Positions 16,663-26,639 of a DNA stretch of 64,000 nt are shown here, one piece after another. The stretch is from Thermodesulfobacteriota bacterium (GTDB lineage Bacteria; Desulfobacterota; Desulfarculia; Adiutricales; JAGVGV01), in contig JBFMAW010000023.1 of NCBI GenBank assembly GCA_040755515.1, positions 39,383-103,382 on the forward strand, given 5' to 3'. Below the pieces are notes generated by a model. The model searched no databases and was not told the DNA's origin. It worked only from the letters and a program-made list of their open reading frames with translations. The position numbers and the translations under genes are program-made. Numbering within the stretch: position 1 is the first letter of the stretch; the number at the start of each line of letters is the position of its first letter.

Positions 16663-17967
16663 TCAGGCCGATTCCGGCGCCTTGGCGGCGATCCTGGCCA
16701 TGAGCGCGAAAGTCGTCACGGATAAAAAGGAATAGACCAGGAAAAAGGCGATCAGGGACGCACCGCCCTGGACGGCGGTTATGGGCGAGAAGGCGTCGGC
16801 CGTCTTCATGACCCGGTAGACGATCCAGGGTTGGCGTCCGACTTCGGCCAAAATCCAACCCAGTTCGCAGGCCAGATAGGGCAGAGGGAGCGACCAGACC
16901 ATGAGCTTGAGATAGGTCGGCTTTTCGGTCAGCCTGTTTCTGAACAGAAAACCGAGAGCGGTCATCAGCACGAACCAACCACCCAGGGCGACCATGGTCC
17001 GGAAGGAGAGAAAGCTGATCAGGACCGGCGGGCGCTCCTCGGCCGGGAAGTCCCTCAATCCCTTGACTTCGGCCCCGGGATCGTGAAAGGCCAGCAGGCT
17101 CAGAAAGCCGGGCAGACGGCCGATGGCCACGCTGTTGGCGGCCTTGGCCTCGTCCGGCCAGGCGAACAGATAAATAGGCGCGCCTTTGGACGTCTCCCAG
17201 TGGGTTTCCATGGCCGCCAGCTTGGTCGGCTGGGTCTGGGCCAGGTCGCTGCCGTGTAGATGGCCTTCCACCACTATAAAAAAGGAAAAAATCAGCCCCA
17301 AGACCAGTCCGATCCGGAAGGAACGGCTGAAAAAGTCAACCCGGCGGCCTTTGAGGAGATGATAGGCGCTGACGCCCATGACGAAGAAGGCCGATAGGAT
17401 ATAGGCCGCGCTTATGGTGTGCAGGATCATCAGCAGGGCGAACTTATTGGTCAGGACGGCGACGAAATCAACGAGTTCGGCCCGGCCGTTCCTGATGGCA
17501 TAGCCCACGGGGTGCTGCATCCAGGAGTTGGCGGTCAATATCCAGATCGCGCTGCCGGTCGAAGCGAAGGCCACCAGCCACATGACCACGGCGTGTGCCT
17601 TGGCCGAGATGCGTCGCCAGCCGAAAATCCATACGCCCAGCAAGGTCGATTCCAGGAAAAAGAAGCCCAAGGCCTCGATGGCCAGCAGGGACCCGAAAAT
17701 ATCGCCCACGAAGGCCGAATAACGCGACCAGTTGGTGCCGAACTGAAACTCCAGGGTTATACCCGAAACCACGCCCATGGCGAAATTGATGAGGAAAATC
17801 TTGCCCCAGAACCTGGCCATCTCGAGATAGACTTTTTCGTTGGTCCGGACGTATTGGGTTTCCATCACCGCCACCAGAACCGACAGGCCCAGGGTCAGGG
17901 GCACGAATAAGAAATGAATAAAGGTGGCGAAAGCGAACTGAAGCCTGGACAACATTAAGACATCCAT
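16663..17967 (-). CDS. cydA: Cytochrome bd ubiquinol oxidase subunit I
   Basis: …LSRLQFAFATFIHFLFVPLTLGL…ETQYVRT…FWGKIFLINFAMGVVSGITLEFQFGTNWS… conserved CydA N-terminus. Confidence 0.9.
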   Translation of the reverse strand: MDVLMLSRLQFAFATFIHFLFVPLTLGLSVLVAVMETQYVRTNEKVYLEMARFWGKIFLINFAMGVVSGITLEFQFGTNWSRYSAFVGDIFGSLLAIEALGFFFLESTLLGVWIFGWRRISAKAHAVVMWLVAFASTGSAIWILTANSWMQHPVGYAIRNGRAELVDFVAVLTNKFALLMILHTISAAYILSAFFVMGVSAYHLLKGRRVDFFSRSFRIGLVLGLIFSFFIVVEGHLHGSDLAQTQPTKLAAMETHWETSKGAPIYLFAWPDEAKAANSVAIGRLPGFLSLLAFHDPGAEVKGLRDFPAEERPPVLISFLSFRTMVALGGWFVLMTALGFLFRNRLTEKPTYLKLMVWSLPLPYLACELGWILAEVGRQPWIVYRVMKTADAFSPITAVQGGASLIAFFLVYSFLSVTTFALMARIAAKAPESA

Positions 17968-18004
17968 ACTACCTCCTTTCCTTGTTTACGCTTTAGTCTG
18001 GGCC

Positions 18005-18430
18005 CTAGGGCCGGCCTTTGGTTGAAAGGCTCTCTTGGACCAGATCCGCCAGACTGGCCCGGGCCAGTTCCGCGCGCAGGGCTTGACCGGCCCGATTCCA
18101 GGCCCGGTGCACTGGACAGGTACGGCTCCGGGAACAGGAATCCTCATACATCAGGCACTCATTAAGAAATATCCGACCCTCCACGGCTTCCACCACGTCC
18201 AGCAGGGTTATCTGATCCGAGGCCCGGGCCAGGCCATAGCCGCCTTGAGCGCCTTGTACGATTCGGATCAGACCGGCCTCGGCCAATTTCGGCCCGATCT
18301 TGCCTAGGAATTGATAAGGAATTTCCATGGCCTGGGCGATTTCCCGGCGTGAAGCCAGGCGGCCTGGTTTAAGCCCGGCTAGATGCAGGGCGCAACGGAT
18401 GGCGTATTCGCCGGCTCGAGTGAGTCTCAA
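18005..18430 (-). CDS. Rrf2-family (IscR/NsrR-like) transcriptional regulator, first gene of the rrf2-cydAB operon
   Basis: MRLTRAGEYAIRCALHLA… wHTH domain with a C-terminal Cys cluster (CLMYEDSCSRSRTCPVH) typical of Fe-S-sensing Rrf2 regulators. TTG start. Confidence 0.85.
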   Translation of the reverse strand: MRLTRAGEYAIRCALHLAGLKPGRLASRREIAQAMEIPYQFLGKIGPKLAEAGLIRIVQGAQGGYGLARASDQITLLDVVEAVEGRIFLNECLMYEDSCSRSRTCPVHRAWNRAGQALRAELARASLADLVQESLSTKGRP

Positions 18431-18444
18431 TTTATTTGACCCTA

Positions 18445-18476
18445 AATAAGATAATTATGACCATATTTATCTTATA
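18445..18476. promoter_or_regulatory. AT-rich imperfect inverted repeat (AATAAGATAA-N12-TTATCTTATA), candidate Rrf2 operator immediately upstream of rrf2
   Basis: AAGATAA (18448-18454) and TTATCTT (18467-18473) are exact reverse complements. The flanking bases extend this to a 9/10-matching 10-nt arm. It lies 15-45 nt upstream of the rrf2 start codon. Confidence 0.45.
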
Positions 18477-18800
18477 TCAATTTAATTCGGGCTTGGCAAG
18501 CTTTTTTTTCGAGACTTGGAAAGAACCGCGGAATTTCTGGCCAGTCCGCTTAAAAACCCAATTGAATCGAGTCCTGATCTTCCTGGTCCGGCCCGAGTCT
18601 TGAGCGAGTCTTAAGGGTCGAGAAATGCGGTCTACTAAAAAAGTGTTAATCGTCCCGATTAAAAATAGTACTCCTTACCTATTGCTCTCCGGCCGAAATT
18701 TTTGTATTAAATTAGCTATAATATGACCGCCGCGCTGAAAGTCGGGGGCGGAGGCTTGAAAAACCAGGGCCGCCGCCGTGGGAGCGGATGAGGATCGGAG

Positions 18801-20525
18801 ATGCGTAAAGCCGATAGAAAGCCGAAATTATTGAACATTGATCTCAATGTGGGCCGAACCGAGGCTGAACTAAAGTATTCGGTCAGCCCCCTCGGCAAAA
18901 GATTCAAGCTGCCCGAAGAAGAGGATTACCGCCTGGAATTCGACAGACTGGAGAGATTAGCCCGGGCTCACCGCCGCGAGGGCCGGGAAATAGTCGTGGT
19001 CCTGGGGTTGGGCTTTGTCGGGGCGGTCATGGCCGGAGTGGTGGCCGACTCGGTGGATGAAAAAACCGGCCGGCCCGGCAAGTTCGTGATTGGAATGCAG
19101 AGGCCCAGCCCGCGCAGCTACTGGAAGATACCGCTTTTAAACCAGGGCGTCTCGCCGGTCGAGGCCGAAGACCCGGAGGTGGCGGTCCTGATCGCCCGAT
19201 GCGTCGGGGAGAAGAAGACCCTGGCCGCCACTTACACCAGCGACGCCCTGAAACTGGCGGACGTGGTCATAGTGGACGTCCAATGCGACTTCCTCAAGCA
19301 GGACCTGGGCAATCTGCGGAGCGGCCACGCGGACATCAGCGCCCTTGAGGACAGCTTCAAGGTGATCGGCGAGAAGATCAATCCGGACTGCTTGGTCCTG
19401 ATCGAGACCACGGTTCCGCCGGGCGCCACGGAATACGTGGCTTATCCTCTCTTGAAGAAAGCCTTTCAAAAGAGAGGCCTGGCCGACGAGCCTCTTCTGG
19501 CGCACAGTTTCGAAAGGGTCATGCCCGGCCGGGAGTACGTGCGTTCGATTCGGGATTTCTGGCGGGTCTGCAGCGGTCTCAACGAAACCAGCCGGCAGAG
19601 GGTGGTGAAGTTCCTGTCCGAAGTCATCAACGTCAAGGAATATCCCTTGACCGTTCTGGACCGGCCCATCGAGAGCGAGACCTGCAAGATCGTGGAAAAC
19701 AGCTACCGGGCCACCATCCTGGCCTTTCTGCACGAATGGAGCCTTTTCGCCGAAACCAACGGCGTGGACTTGATCAAGGTGATCCAGGCCATCAAGGTCC
19801 GGCCCACCCACGACAACATCATCTTCCCGGGTCCGGGCATCGGCGGCTATTGTCTGCCCAAGGACGGCGGCTTGGGCCTGTGGGCCTACCGGCACCTGAT
19901 GGGCTTTGACCAGGATATCTTCCGCATCACGCCCGAGGCCATAAACGTGAACGACACCCGGGCCCTCCACGCGGCCCAATTGGTCCGGGACGCCCTCAGG
20001 AACATGGGGCGGATCGTGGCCGCCTCCCAGATCGCCGTGCTGGGCGTCTCCTATCGGGAGGACGTGGGCGACACCCGTTACAGCGGTTCGGAAGTATTGG
20101 TGCGCAAGCTGACCGAGATGGGGGCCGAGGTGAAGGCTCATGATCCCTACGTCAAGCACTGGTGGGAGCTGGAAAAGCAGGACTCCTATCCGGCCACGGG
20201 GCTCAGCTTGGCCCGTTTTTTCCGCAATCAGGAATTCCTGCGCGACTTTCACATGACCCCTGACCTGGCCGAGACTCTGCAAGGAGCGGATGCCGTGGTC
20301 CTGGCGGTCCGTCACGGCCAGTACCTGAATCTGTCCCCGGATGAAGTCGTACGAATGGCCGGAAATCCCCTGGCCGTGGTGGACTGTTTCGGCATCCTGG
20401 ACGACGGGCGGATTAAGAGATACCTGGAACTGGGCTGCGAAGTCAAGGGACTGGGTCGAGGCCATATAAAACGGATCAAGGATCAGATCGTTCGTCCGGC
20501 GACCGGTTCGGGGTCCGATGGATGA
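18801..20525 (+). CDS. Nucleotide-sugar dehydrogenase (UDP-glucose/GDP-mannose dehydrogenase superfamily; UDP-N-acetyl-hexosamine or UDP-glucose 6-dehydrogenase-like)
   Basis: N-terminal Rossmann motif VVVLGLGFVGAVMAG and catalytic-Cys motif PGPGIGGYCLPKD. It is long for the family at 574 aa. Confidence 0.8.
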   Translation: MRKADRKPKLLNIDLNVGRTEAELKYSVSPLGKRFKLPEEEDYRLEFDRLERLARAHRREGREIVVVLGLGFVGAVMAGVVADSVDEKTGRPGKFVIGMQRPSPRSYWKIPLLNQGVSPVEAEDPEVAVLIARCVGEKKTLAATYTSDALKLADVVIVDVQCDFLKQDLGNLRSGHADISALEDSFKVIGEKINPDCLVLIETTVPPGATEYVAYPLLKKAFQKRGLADEPLLAHSFERVMPGREYVRSIRDFWRVCSGLNETSRQRVVKFLSEVINVKEYPLTVLDRPIESETCKIVENSYRATILAFLHEWSLFAETNGVDLIKVIQAIKVRPTHDNIIFPGPGIGGYCLPKDGGLGLWAYRHLMGFDQDIFRITPEAINVNDTRALHAAQLVRDALRNMGRIVAASQIAVLGVSYREDVGDTRYSGSEVLVRKLTEMGAEVKAHDPYVKHWWELEKQDSYPATGLSLARFFRNQEFLRDFHMTPDLAETLQGADAVVLAVRHGQYLNLSPDEVVRMAGNPLAVVDCFGILDDGRIKRYLELGCEVKGLGRGHIKRIKDQIVRPATGSGSDG

Positions 20526-22137
20526 AGGTATGTCGGATCAGGAATTAAGCCTCCAGGATCTGAAAGACGCCTTACGGCGGCGTTGGCTCGGCTTTCTTAT
20601 CTGCGCCAGCCTGGTGGGTCTGGCCGCGATCATAATAGCCTTGGCCCTGCCGCCTATTTATCGGGCTAAGACCGTTATCCTTATCGAAGCTCAGCAGATA
20701 CCGCCAGAGTACATCAGGACTACCGTCACCAGCTACATCGATGAAAGGTTGAAAATAATCACTCAGCAAGTGATGAGCCGGACCAAACTGATGGAAATAA
20801 TCAACCAGTTCAAGCTGTATACCGACTTGACGGGACAGTACACCACCGATGAAATAATCGATAAAATGCGGGAGGACATTACCTTCACTACTATCAGTGC
20901 CGACGTTACCGGCAAGAAAGCCGACAAAGGCGACAGCGCCACCGTGGCCTTCATGGTGGCTTATGCCGGAAGCAACCCCACCACCGTGCAAAGGGTGACC
21001 AACGCGTTGGCGGCGCTGTATCTGCAAGAGAACACCCGCACCAGGGAAGCCCGGGCCGCCGGCGCCACCGAATTTCTGGAAAAAGAGCGCCGGAACATCA
21101 AGACCGAAATTGACGCCCTGGAACAGCGCATCAGCGATTTCAAGGCGGCCCACGCCGGCGAACTTCCGGAGTTCGCCCTGATAAATAACCAGACTCTAAA
21201 TAATCTCCGCCGGGACCTGGACCATGTAAACAGCCAGTTCAACATGCTCCAGGAAAGAATTGTATATCTTCAAGGACAGTTGTCCGGGGTGACTCCGGCC
21301 GCTCAAGTGCCGGTTTCAGGCGGCCGGGCCGCGACTGGTCCGGCCGAACGCTTGAAAACCCTGAGGATGCAACTCACTTCCTTGCGGGTCACTCATTCGG
21401 ATAAGCATCCGGATGTGATCAGAATAATGAATGAAATAAAACAACTGGAAGATCAGCTAGCGGCCGGGGGAGGCTCCGCGGGCGCGGCCTCCGGATATCG
21501 GATGCAGGAAAATCCGGCCTATATCAGCCTGAAGACTCAACTGGACTCGTCCAAGCTGGAACTGGCCAACCTGAACACGGAAAAGGCCAGGATCGTCGAA
21601 AAAATAGAATTATATGAAAAGCGGATACAAGTCGCGCCGGTGGTGGAGAAGGATTACAACAACCTGGTCAGAAGTTATGACATGGCCAAGTTGAGATACC
21701 GGGAGCTGACCAACAAGCTGATGGAAGCCCGCAGCGCCCAGGACCTGGAAGATGCTCAGAAAGGGGAAAGGTTTGTCATTGTCGAGCCGGCCACTGTCCC
21801 GCAAAAGCCGTACAAACCCAACCGTCTGGCCATACTCCTGGTCGGGTGTGTTCTGGCCCTGGGAACGGGCGCGGGCTTCGCCTTTCTCCGGGAAATGTTC
21901 GACCATTCGATCAAAAACCAGACCGAACTGGTGGCGCAGACCGGTTTGAATCTGCTTACCACGATCAGGTTTATAGAATCTTTCGAGGAGTTGAGGGCCA
22001 AGCGGCGCAGGAAGATAATAATCGCCTGCACCGCCTCGGTTTTTATTGTCGTCTGTCTGATCGCGGTTCATGTCTTCTATACCCCGCTGGACATCCTGTG
22101 GATAAGGGTTCAGAAACGGTTGATGCTGGGAGTATGA
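20518..22137 (+). CDS. Polysaccharide chain-length determinant protein (Wzz/GumC/EpsF-like, PCP family)
   Basis: N-terminal …LQDLKDALRRRWLGFLICASLVGLAAIIIALALPPIYRAKTVILIE… (TM1 plus Wzz motif), a long periplasmic coiled-coil region, and a C-terminal TM. Overlaps the dehydrogenase stop by 8 nt. Confidence 0.8.
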   Translation: MDEGMSDQELSLQDLKDALRRRWLGFLICASLVGLAAIIIALALPPIYRAKTVILIEAQQIPPEYIRTTVTSYIDERLKIITQQVMSRTKLMEIINQFKLYTDLTGQYTTDEIIDKMREDITFTTISADVTGKKADKGDSATVAFMVAYAGSNPTTVQRVTNALAALYLQENTRTREARAAGATEFLEKERRNIKTEIDALEQRISDFKAAHAGELPEFALINNQTLNNLRRDLDHVNSQFNMLQERIVYLQGQLSGVTPAAQVPVSGGRAATGPAERLKTLRMQLTSLRVTHSDKHPDVIRIMNEIKQLEDQLAAGGGSAGAASGYRMQENPAYISLKTQLDSSKLELANLNTEKARIVEKIELYEKRIQVAPVVEKDYNNLVRSYDMAKLRYRELTNKLMEARSAQDLEDAQKGERFVIVEPATVPQKPYKPNRLAILLVGCVLALGTGAGFAFLREMFDHSIKNQTELVAQTGLNLLTTIRFIESFEELRAKRRRKIIIACTASVFIVVCLIAVHVFYTPLDILWIRVQKRLMLGV

Positions 22138-22243
22138 AACGGGGTGGAACTGATTGAGAGGACGTGAGCCGAAGACCGGCCTGGATAAGTGAGACGAAAA
22201 GACAACCGCTTGGAATCAGTAGGGAGACGAAACGGATAGGAAC

Positions 22244-23260
22244 ATGGACATATTGGTGACCGGAGCCGCGGGATTCATTGGCTTTCATCTTTCCAAGAGG
22301 TTGTTGGAAGATGGACACCGCGTCATCGGCGTGGACAACCTGAATGAGTACTACAGCGTTCAGTTGAAGAAGGATCGCTTGAACCTACTCACGAGTTTTG
22401 ACGCTTTTTCTTTCTTGCCTCTGGATATCGCCCAGCAGACGGGTATGGCCGATCTTTTCTCCAGATATCGTTTCGACCGAGTCGTCAATCTGGCGGCCCA
22501 GGCCGGAGTGAGACACAGCCTGACGCACCCCCATGATTACCTGGAAAGCAACATAACCGGCTTCATGAACGTCCTCGAGGGTTGCCGCCACTCGAAGACG
22601 CCGCATTTGATATTCGCTTCCAGCAGTTCGGTTTACGGCCTGAACACCAGCATGCCGTTTTCCGTGCATGACAACGTGGACCATCCGGTCAGCCTGTACG
22701 CGGCGACCAAGAAGGCCAACGAGCTCATGGCCCATGCTTACAGTCATCTATACGCCCTGCCGGTGACCGGCCTGAGGTTTTTCACGGTCTATGGTCCGTG
22801 GGGCCGGCCGGACATGGCGCTTTTTCTCTTCACCGAGGCGATTTTGAACGATCGGCCGATCAAGGTCTTCAATCAGGGACGAATGGTCCGGGATTTTACT
22901 TTCGTGGATGATATAATTGAAGGCGTGGTCAGGGTCATGGATGCTATTCCTGAAGGCAATCAGGACTGGTCCGGCGAGAGGCCGGATCCGGGTTCCAGCC
23001 CGGCCCCTTATCGGCTATATAATATAGGCAATCATAACCCGGTCAAACTTCTGGACTTTATCGAAGCGATCGAGAAGGCTCTAGGCAAGTCGTCCACCAA
23101 GGAACTTTTACCCATGCAACCAGGGGACATCCCGGCCAGTTTCGCGGACGTGGCCGACCTGGCCCGGGCGGTAGGTTTTAAACCAAATACTGACATTCAA
23201 GAAGGGGTGAAAAGGTTCGTGGCCTGGTATAGTAGCTATTACGGCGACACCAGGACTTGA
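22244..23260 (+). CDS. NAD-dependent epimerase/dehydratase, UDP-glucuronate 4-epimerase-like
   Basis: MDILVTGAAGFIGFHLSKRLLEDGHRVIGVDNLNEYYSVQLKKDRL… and the YAATKKANE (YxxxK) catalytic motif. Confidence 0.8.
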   Translation: MDILVTGAAGFIGFHLSKRLLEDGHRVIGVDNLNEYYSVQLKKDRLNLLTSFDAFSFLPLDIAQQTGMADLFSRYRFDRVVNLAAQAGVRHSLTHPHDYLESNITGFMNVLEGCRHSKTPHLIFASSSSVYGLNTSMPFSVHDNVDHPVSLYAATKKANELMAHAYSHLYALPVTGLRFFTVYGPWGRPDMALFLFTEAILNDRPIKVFNQGRMVRDFTFVDDIIEGVVRVMDAIPEGNQDWSGERPDPGSSPAPYRLYNIGNHNPVKLLDFIEAIEKALGKSSTKELLPMQPGDIPASFADVADLARAVGFKPNTDIQEGVKRFVAWYSSYYGDTRT

Positions 23261-23355
23261 ATATCCATCCCTGGGCCTATAACCCTGACCGCAGGGGAAA
23301 GGGCGCCTAGGCAACCTGGCCTGGCGCTGGGCCAGAAAGATCAAGGGGAATTGCT

Positions 23356-25128
23356 ATGAACAAGAAAGTGTTTTTTATTGTATTGGCGCTTCTTATTATT
23401 TACCCCGCCGCCTCATGGGCCAGGGACTGGTATGTCCGGCCGGCCGGCGGCCAGTACGGAACACAAGACGGCACCAGCTATGACAACGCCTGGAACGGCC
23501 TGCACGCGATCAAATGGCTCGAGGGCGGCGTGCAGCCGGGCGACACCTTGTGGGTCTGCGGCCTGCATGTTTGGGATATGAAGACCAAGTCCTACATTGA
23601 CAAACAGGCGGTCATTCCAACGATCAACGGCGCGAGCGATACCCAGAGAATCATGATCCGGGGCGACTATTCTAACGATCCGGGCATTGTCTGGGGTGCG
23701 TACAGAATGAGCAGTTCTCCCTGGGTGGACGAGGGCGGAGGAGTGTGGAGTACCCTTCTTGCGGCCAATTCATTTCCTGAATGGTTCTTCCAGGATATCG
23801 GTAAACCAAAACCGGATTCCTATATTGTTCTGAACAGGCAAAAAAGCATTGACGGCGTCCGAGCCAATCCCGGGTCGTTTTACAGTGAAACCTATACCGC
23901 GGGTTCCAAGCTATACGTTAAAACTACTGACAGCCTGCCACCTCAAGGACGAATTTACGCTAACAGATACGGGTATAGATTCAACCTGGCGGATAATAAA
24001 TTTATAACTTTTTATAAGCTGAAAATGTTTAATTTCTTTCGTATATCCGGGATAAAACCCGTTTCCCCTCCCAGCAATATTACTTGGCAGGGCTGCACCC
24101 TGACTCATGGTGAACACAGTATCATATGGCTCTATGATGGCATGGATAATATGAAAGTCATTGACTGCGAACTGGCTTGGGCCGGAAACGGCATTTACAA
24201 CATCAGTAGTACTCTGGACAAAGCGGCCAGCAATTACCACTTCAAAGGTAATTATATCCATGACATGGGCGTCCGGGAAGCCACCCAGAACAACGATGGC
24301 CATTGCGTCGGGGCTCAAGGAGGGCGGAACGGAATCATAGAGGATAACGTTTGCGTAAACTGCGGTACCGGGCCATTGATTTACACTGGCGCCAGCCAGA
24401 TCGCCACCAACAACATTATCAGAAGGAACCTGGTCAAGGACCCGCATACGCTCGGCGGCGCCAATGGATACGGAATAGCTTTGCTGACCACCAACCTGAA
24501 TACTTCCGACAAGAGCGGCAATATAGTGGTCCAAAATATAGTCATCAACGCGAAGATAGCCTTCAGGTTTCATTGGGAACAGGTTCAACTCGTGGCTAAC
24601 AACGTGGCTTATAATTGCGAAATAGGCCTGGAGTCAAAGCGTAACTACAATGGTCTAGGGGCCAATGTCTATTTTGTCAATAACGTGTTTTTGAACACCA
24701 AGCAATATCACATCAACTGGGACACGGGCGCAAGTAATTTCGTTATATACGCCGACCGTAACATTTATTATCCGTCAACGGGTGCCATGTTCAGGTATAG
24801 GGGAAAGGACTATACTTGGGATGGTTGGCGCGCCTTGACCCGCCCGTCTTGCCTGTTTGACCCGAAGTCCTTCGCTTTGGACCCGAAATTTAAGAACATC
24901 ACGGGCAAGTTCACTGACGCTTTGGACTTCATGTTAAAAAGCGACTCGCCAGCCATTGGTACCGGACAGACGGTCCAGGTAATCACTAGTGATTTTGCCG
25001 GCGGGCCTATCCTGGGCACGCCGGATATCGGCGCTTTTCAGCATACCACGATTCCGCGGGGAGGTATTTCCGCCACTGCGCCAGGGTCGGGACCAATGCC
25101 TGCCCCAGGAGTGCCTGGCACTCCTTGA
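23356..25128 (+). CDS. Secreted right-handed beta-helix protein (possible polysaccharide lyase/depolymerase or EPS-modifying enzyme)
   Basis: Signal peptide MNKKVFFIVLALLIIYPAASWA. The region after the signal peptide (WYV…GG…G.S…) is typical of pectate-lyase-fold proteins, and Asn-rich beta-helix rungs are present (NNVAYNCE…NNVFLNTK). Confidence 0.6.
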   Translation: MNKKVFFIVLALLIIYPAASWARDWYVRPAGGQYGTQDGTSYDNAWNGLHAIKWLEGGVQPGDTLWVCGLHVWDMKTKSYIDKQAVIPTINGASDTQRIMIRGDYSNDPGIVWGAYRMSSSPWVDEGGGVWSTLLAANSFPEWFFQDIGKPKPDSYIVLNRQKSIDGVRANPGSFYSETYTAGSKLYVKTTDSLPPQGRIYANRYGYRFNLADNKFITFYKLKMFNFFRISGIKPVSPPSNITWQGCTLTHGEHSIIWLYDGMDNMKVIDCELAWAGNGIYNISSTLDKAASNYHFKGNYIHDMGVREATQNNDGHCVGAQGGRNGIIEDNVCVNCGTGPLIYTGASQIATNNIIRRNLVKDPHTLGGANGYGIALLTTNLNTSDKSGNIVVQNIVINAKIAFRFHWEQVQLVANNVAYNCEIGLESKRNYNGLGANVYFVNNVFLNTKQYHINWDTGASNFVIYADRNIYYPSTGAMFRYRGKDYTWDGWRALTRPSCLFDPKSFALDPKFKNITGKFTDALDFMLKSDSPAIGTGQTVQVITSDFAGGPILGTPDIGAFQHTTIPRGGISATAPGSGPMPAPGVPGTP

Positions 25129-25446
25129 GGCCTGAACCGTTGCCGAGAGGTGTAGTATAAAGCCGACGGCCGTGAGAGCGGTTCGGTACAGAGGAAGAGT
25201 TATTGGAATACGGAGTGGATCAGGCTGAATAAATTATTAATCTTTGTGCTTCTATATTGTGTAGGCATGGAATAGACTTAGTTCTTAAGAAATGGAAGCA
25301 GTTTCATCGGGGTCAAGGCCGAATCCTTAATCAACTTACGCCCCTTGACTCCGATTTTTATTTTGACCGGAAGCCACGAGGCCTCATGACCTTTATAGAG
25401 GCTAAATCAGCATAATTTCGCTCTTGAGGTAAATGGAGGTGGTGTT

Positions 25447-26589
25447 TTGGGGTATAATATTTTGGAAACCAAATCGTTTGTTACGGAAGAAAATGAAAGC
25501 GTGGTGACAATAAAATTTACTATTGATGCTAATGAGCATACTGTCTATTTTAAGAGTAAGCAGATCCGATTGCAGGATAGCGCGGAAGCTCTTCTGAATT
25601 TTTCAATTCTGCCAAATCTTTATGCTGGTAGTAATTTGAGATTGAATAGACCGATTAGCCGACGGTTATGTAATTCTACCAAGAAGATAATAGATATATT
25701 CTGTAAATGGAATCCAAAATATAACTACGTCGAAATTATTGATGCCGTCCCGGGTAGAACGGAAGATCAGGTTGAACGGAGAGTTGGAGTCTTTTTTTCC
25801 ACCGGGTTAGATTCGATATATACGCTGCTAAAGAATTTACATGAAATTACCGACATGATCTTCATTCATGGTTATGATTTGCGAATTAGCGAGATTGACT
25901 TGAGAAAAAAAACATCCGACATAATAGAACAGATTGGAAGAGAATTTAATAAAAATGTAATTCATGTAGAGACAAATTTAAAGGATGTGTTGGGACAATA
26001 TATCCCCTGGGCCAAGCTTTTACACGGAGCCGCGTTGACTACTATTGGACATATGATGTCACGGCATTTCAGGAAAATATTTATTTCGGCTAATCATACT
26101 TATGCTAATCTTCAACCAAATGGAGCTCATCCTATACTTGATCCCCTGTGGAGTACGGAATCTCTCGAGTTTGAGCATTTCGGCTGCGAGGCAGATAGAA
26201 TAGAGAAAGCTGCTTATATTGCTCAATTCGAAATTGCTTTAAATTCCCTGAGAGTTTGCTGGAAAAAAACAGGTGGGGCCTATAACTGCGGCGAATGCAA
26301 CAAGTGTCTTATTACAATGATTAACTTATATTTGGCAGGCGCATTAGATCGTTGTTCCACATTTGATAAGAAGATAAGTTATTGGAAAATGAAAATGGAA
26401 CTGAACTTCATGCCAGAGGGTTGGCGAGCATACGTAAGGCAAAACATAGATCATCTGGAAAAAACCAATAGTGATAAGAAAATGTTAAAAGCCTTAAGAA
26501 AGATATATAACAGAACTATTTGGGGGTGTTACTTTATAGCTGCTATCAAAAAGGCAGGCATGTTGTATGAAAAATACAAAAAAAGATAG
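25447..26589 (+). CDS. Uncharacterised enzyme-like protein, paralog A: PP-loop-like motif (…GVFFSTGLDS…) plus C-terminal Cys cluster (CWKKTGGAYNCGECNKC)
   Basis: 380 aa. The beta-strand-STGxDS-helix arrangement at ~aa 115 resembles the SGGxDS PP-loop of ATP pyrophosphatases (QueC/WbpG/LarE class) with Gly replaced by Thr. A CxxC-containing Cys cluster is present. TTG start with GGAGG 8 nt upstream. Confidence 0.55.
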   Translation: MGYNILETKSFVTEENESVVTIKFTIDANEHTVYFKSKQIRLQDSAEALLNFSILPNLYAGSNLRLNRPISRRLCNSTKKIIDIFCKWNPKYNYVEIIDAVPGRTEDQVERRVGVFFSTGLDSIYTLLKNLHEITDMIFIHGYDLRISEIDLRKKTSDIIEQIGREFNKNVIHVETNLKDVLGQYIPWAKLLHGAALTTIGHMMSRHFRKIFISANHTYANLQPNGAHPILDPLWSTESLEFEHFGCEADRIEKAAYIAQFEIALNSLRVCWKKTGGAYNCGECNKCLITMINLYLAGALDRCSTFDKKISYWKMKMELNFMPEGWRAYVRQNIDHLEKTNSDKKMLKALRKIYNRTIWGCYFIAAIKKAGMLYEKYKKR

Positions 26590-26639
26590 GAAAAGAAATA
26601 AAATTATACAAAAAAATCTATATATATGGATAGGCAAGA

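Noticed and set aside
19137-20465. 442-aa minus-strand ORF
   Set aside because: It is antisense to the nucleotide-sugar dehydrogenase, which has unmistakable Rossmann and GGYCLPKD motifs, and it has high-GC arginine/glycine-rich composition typical of shadow ORFs.
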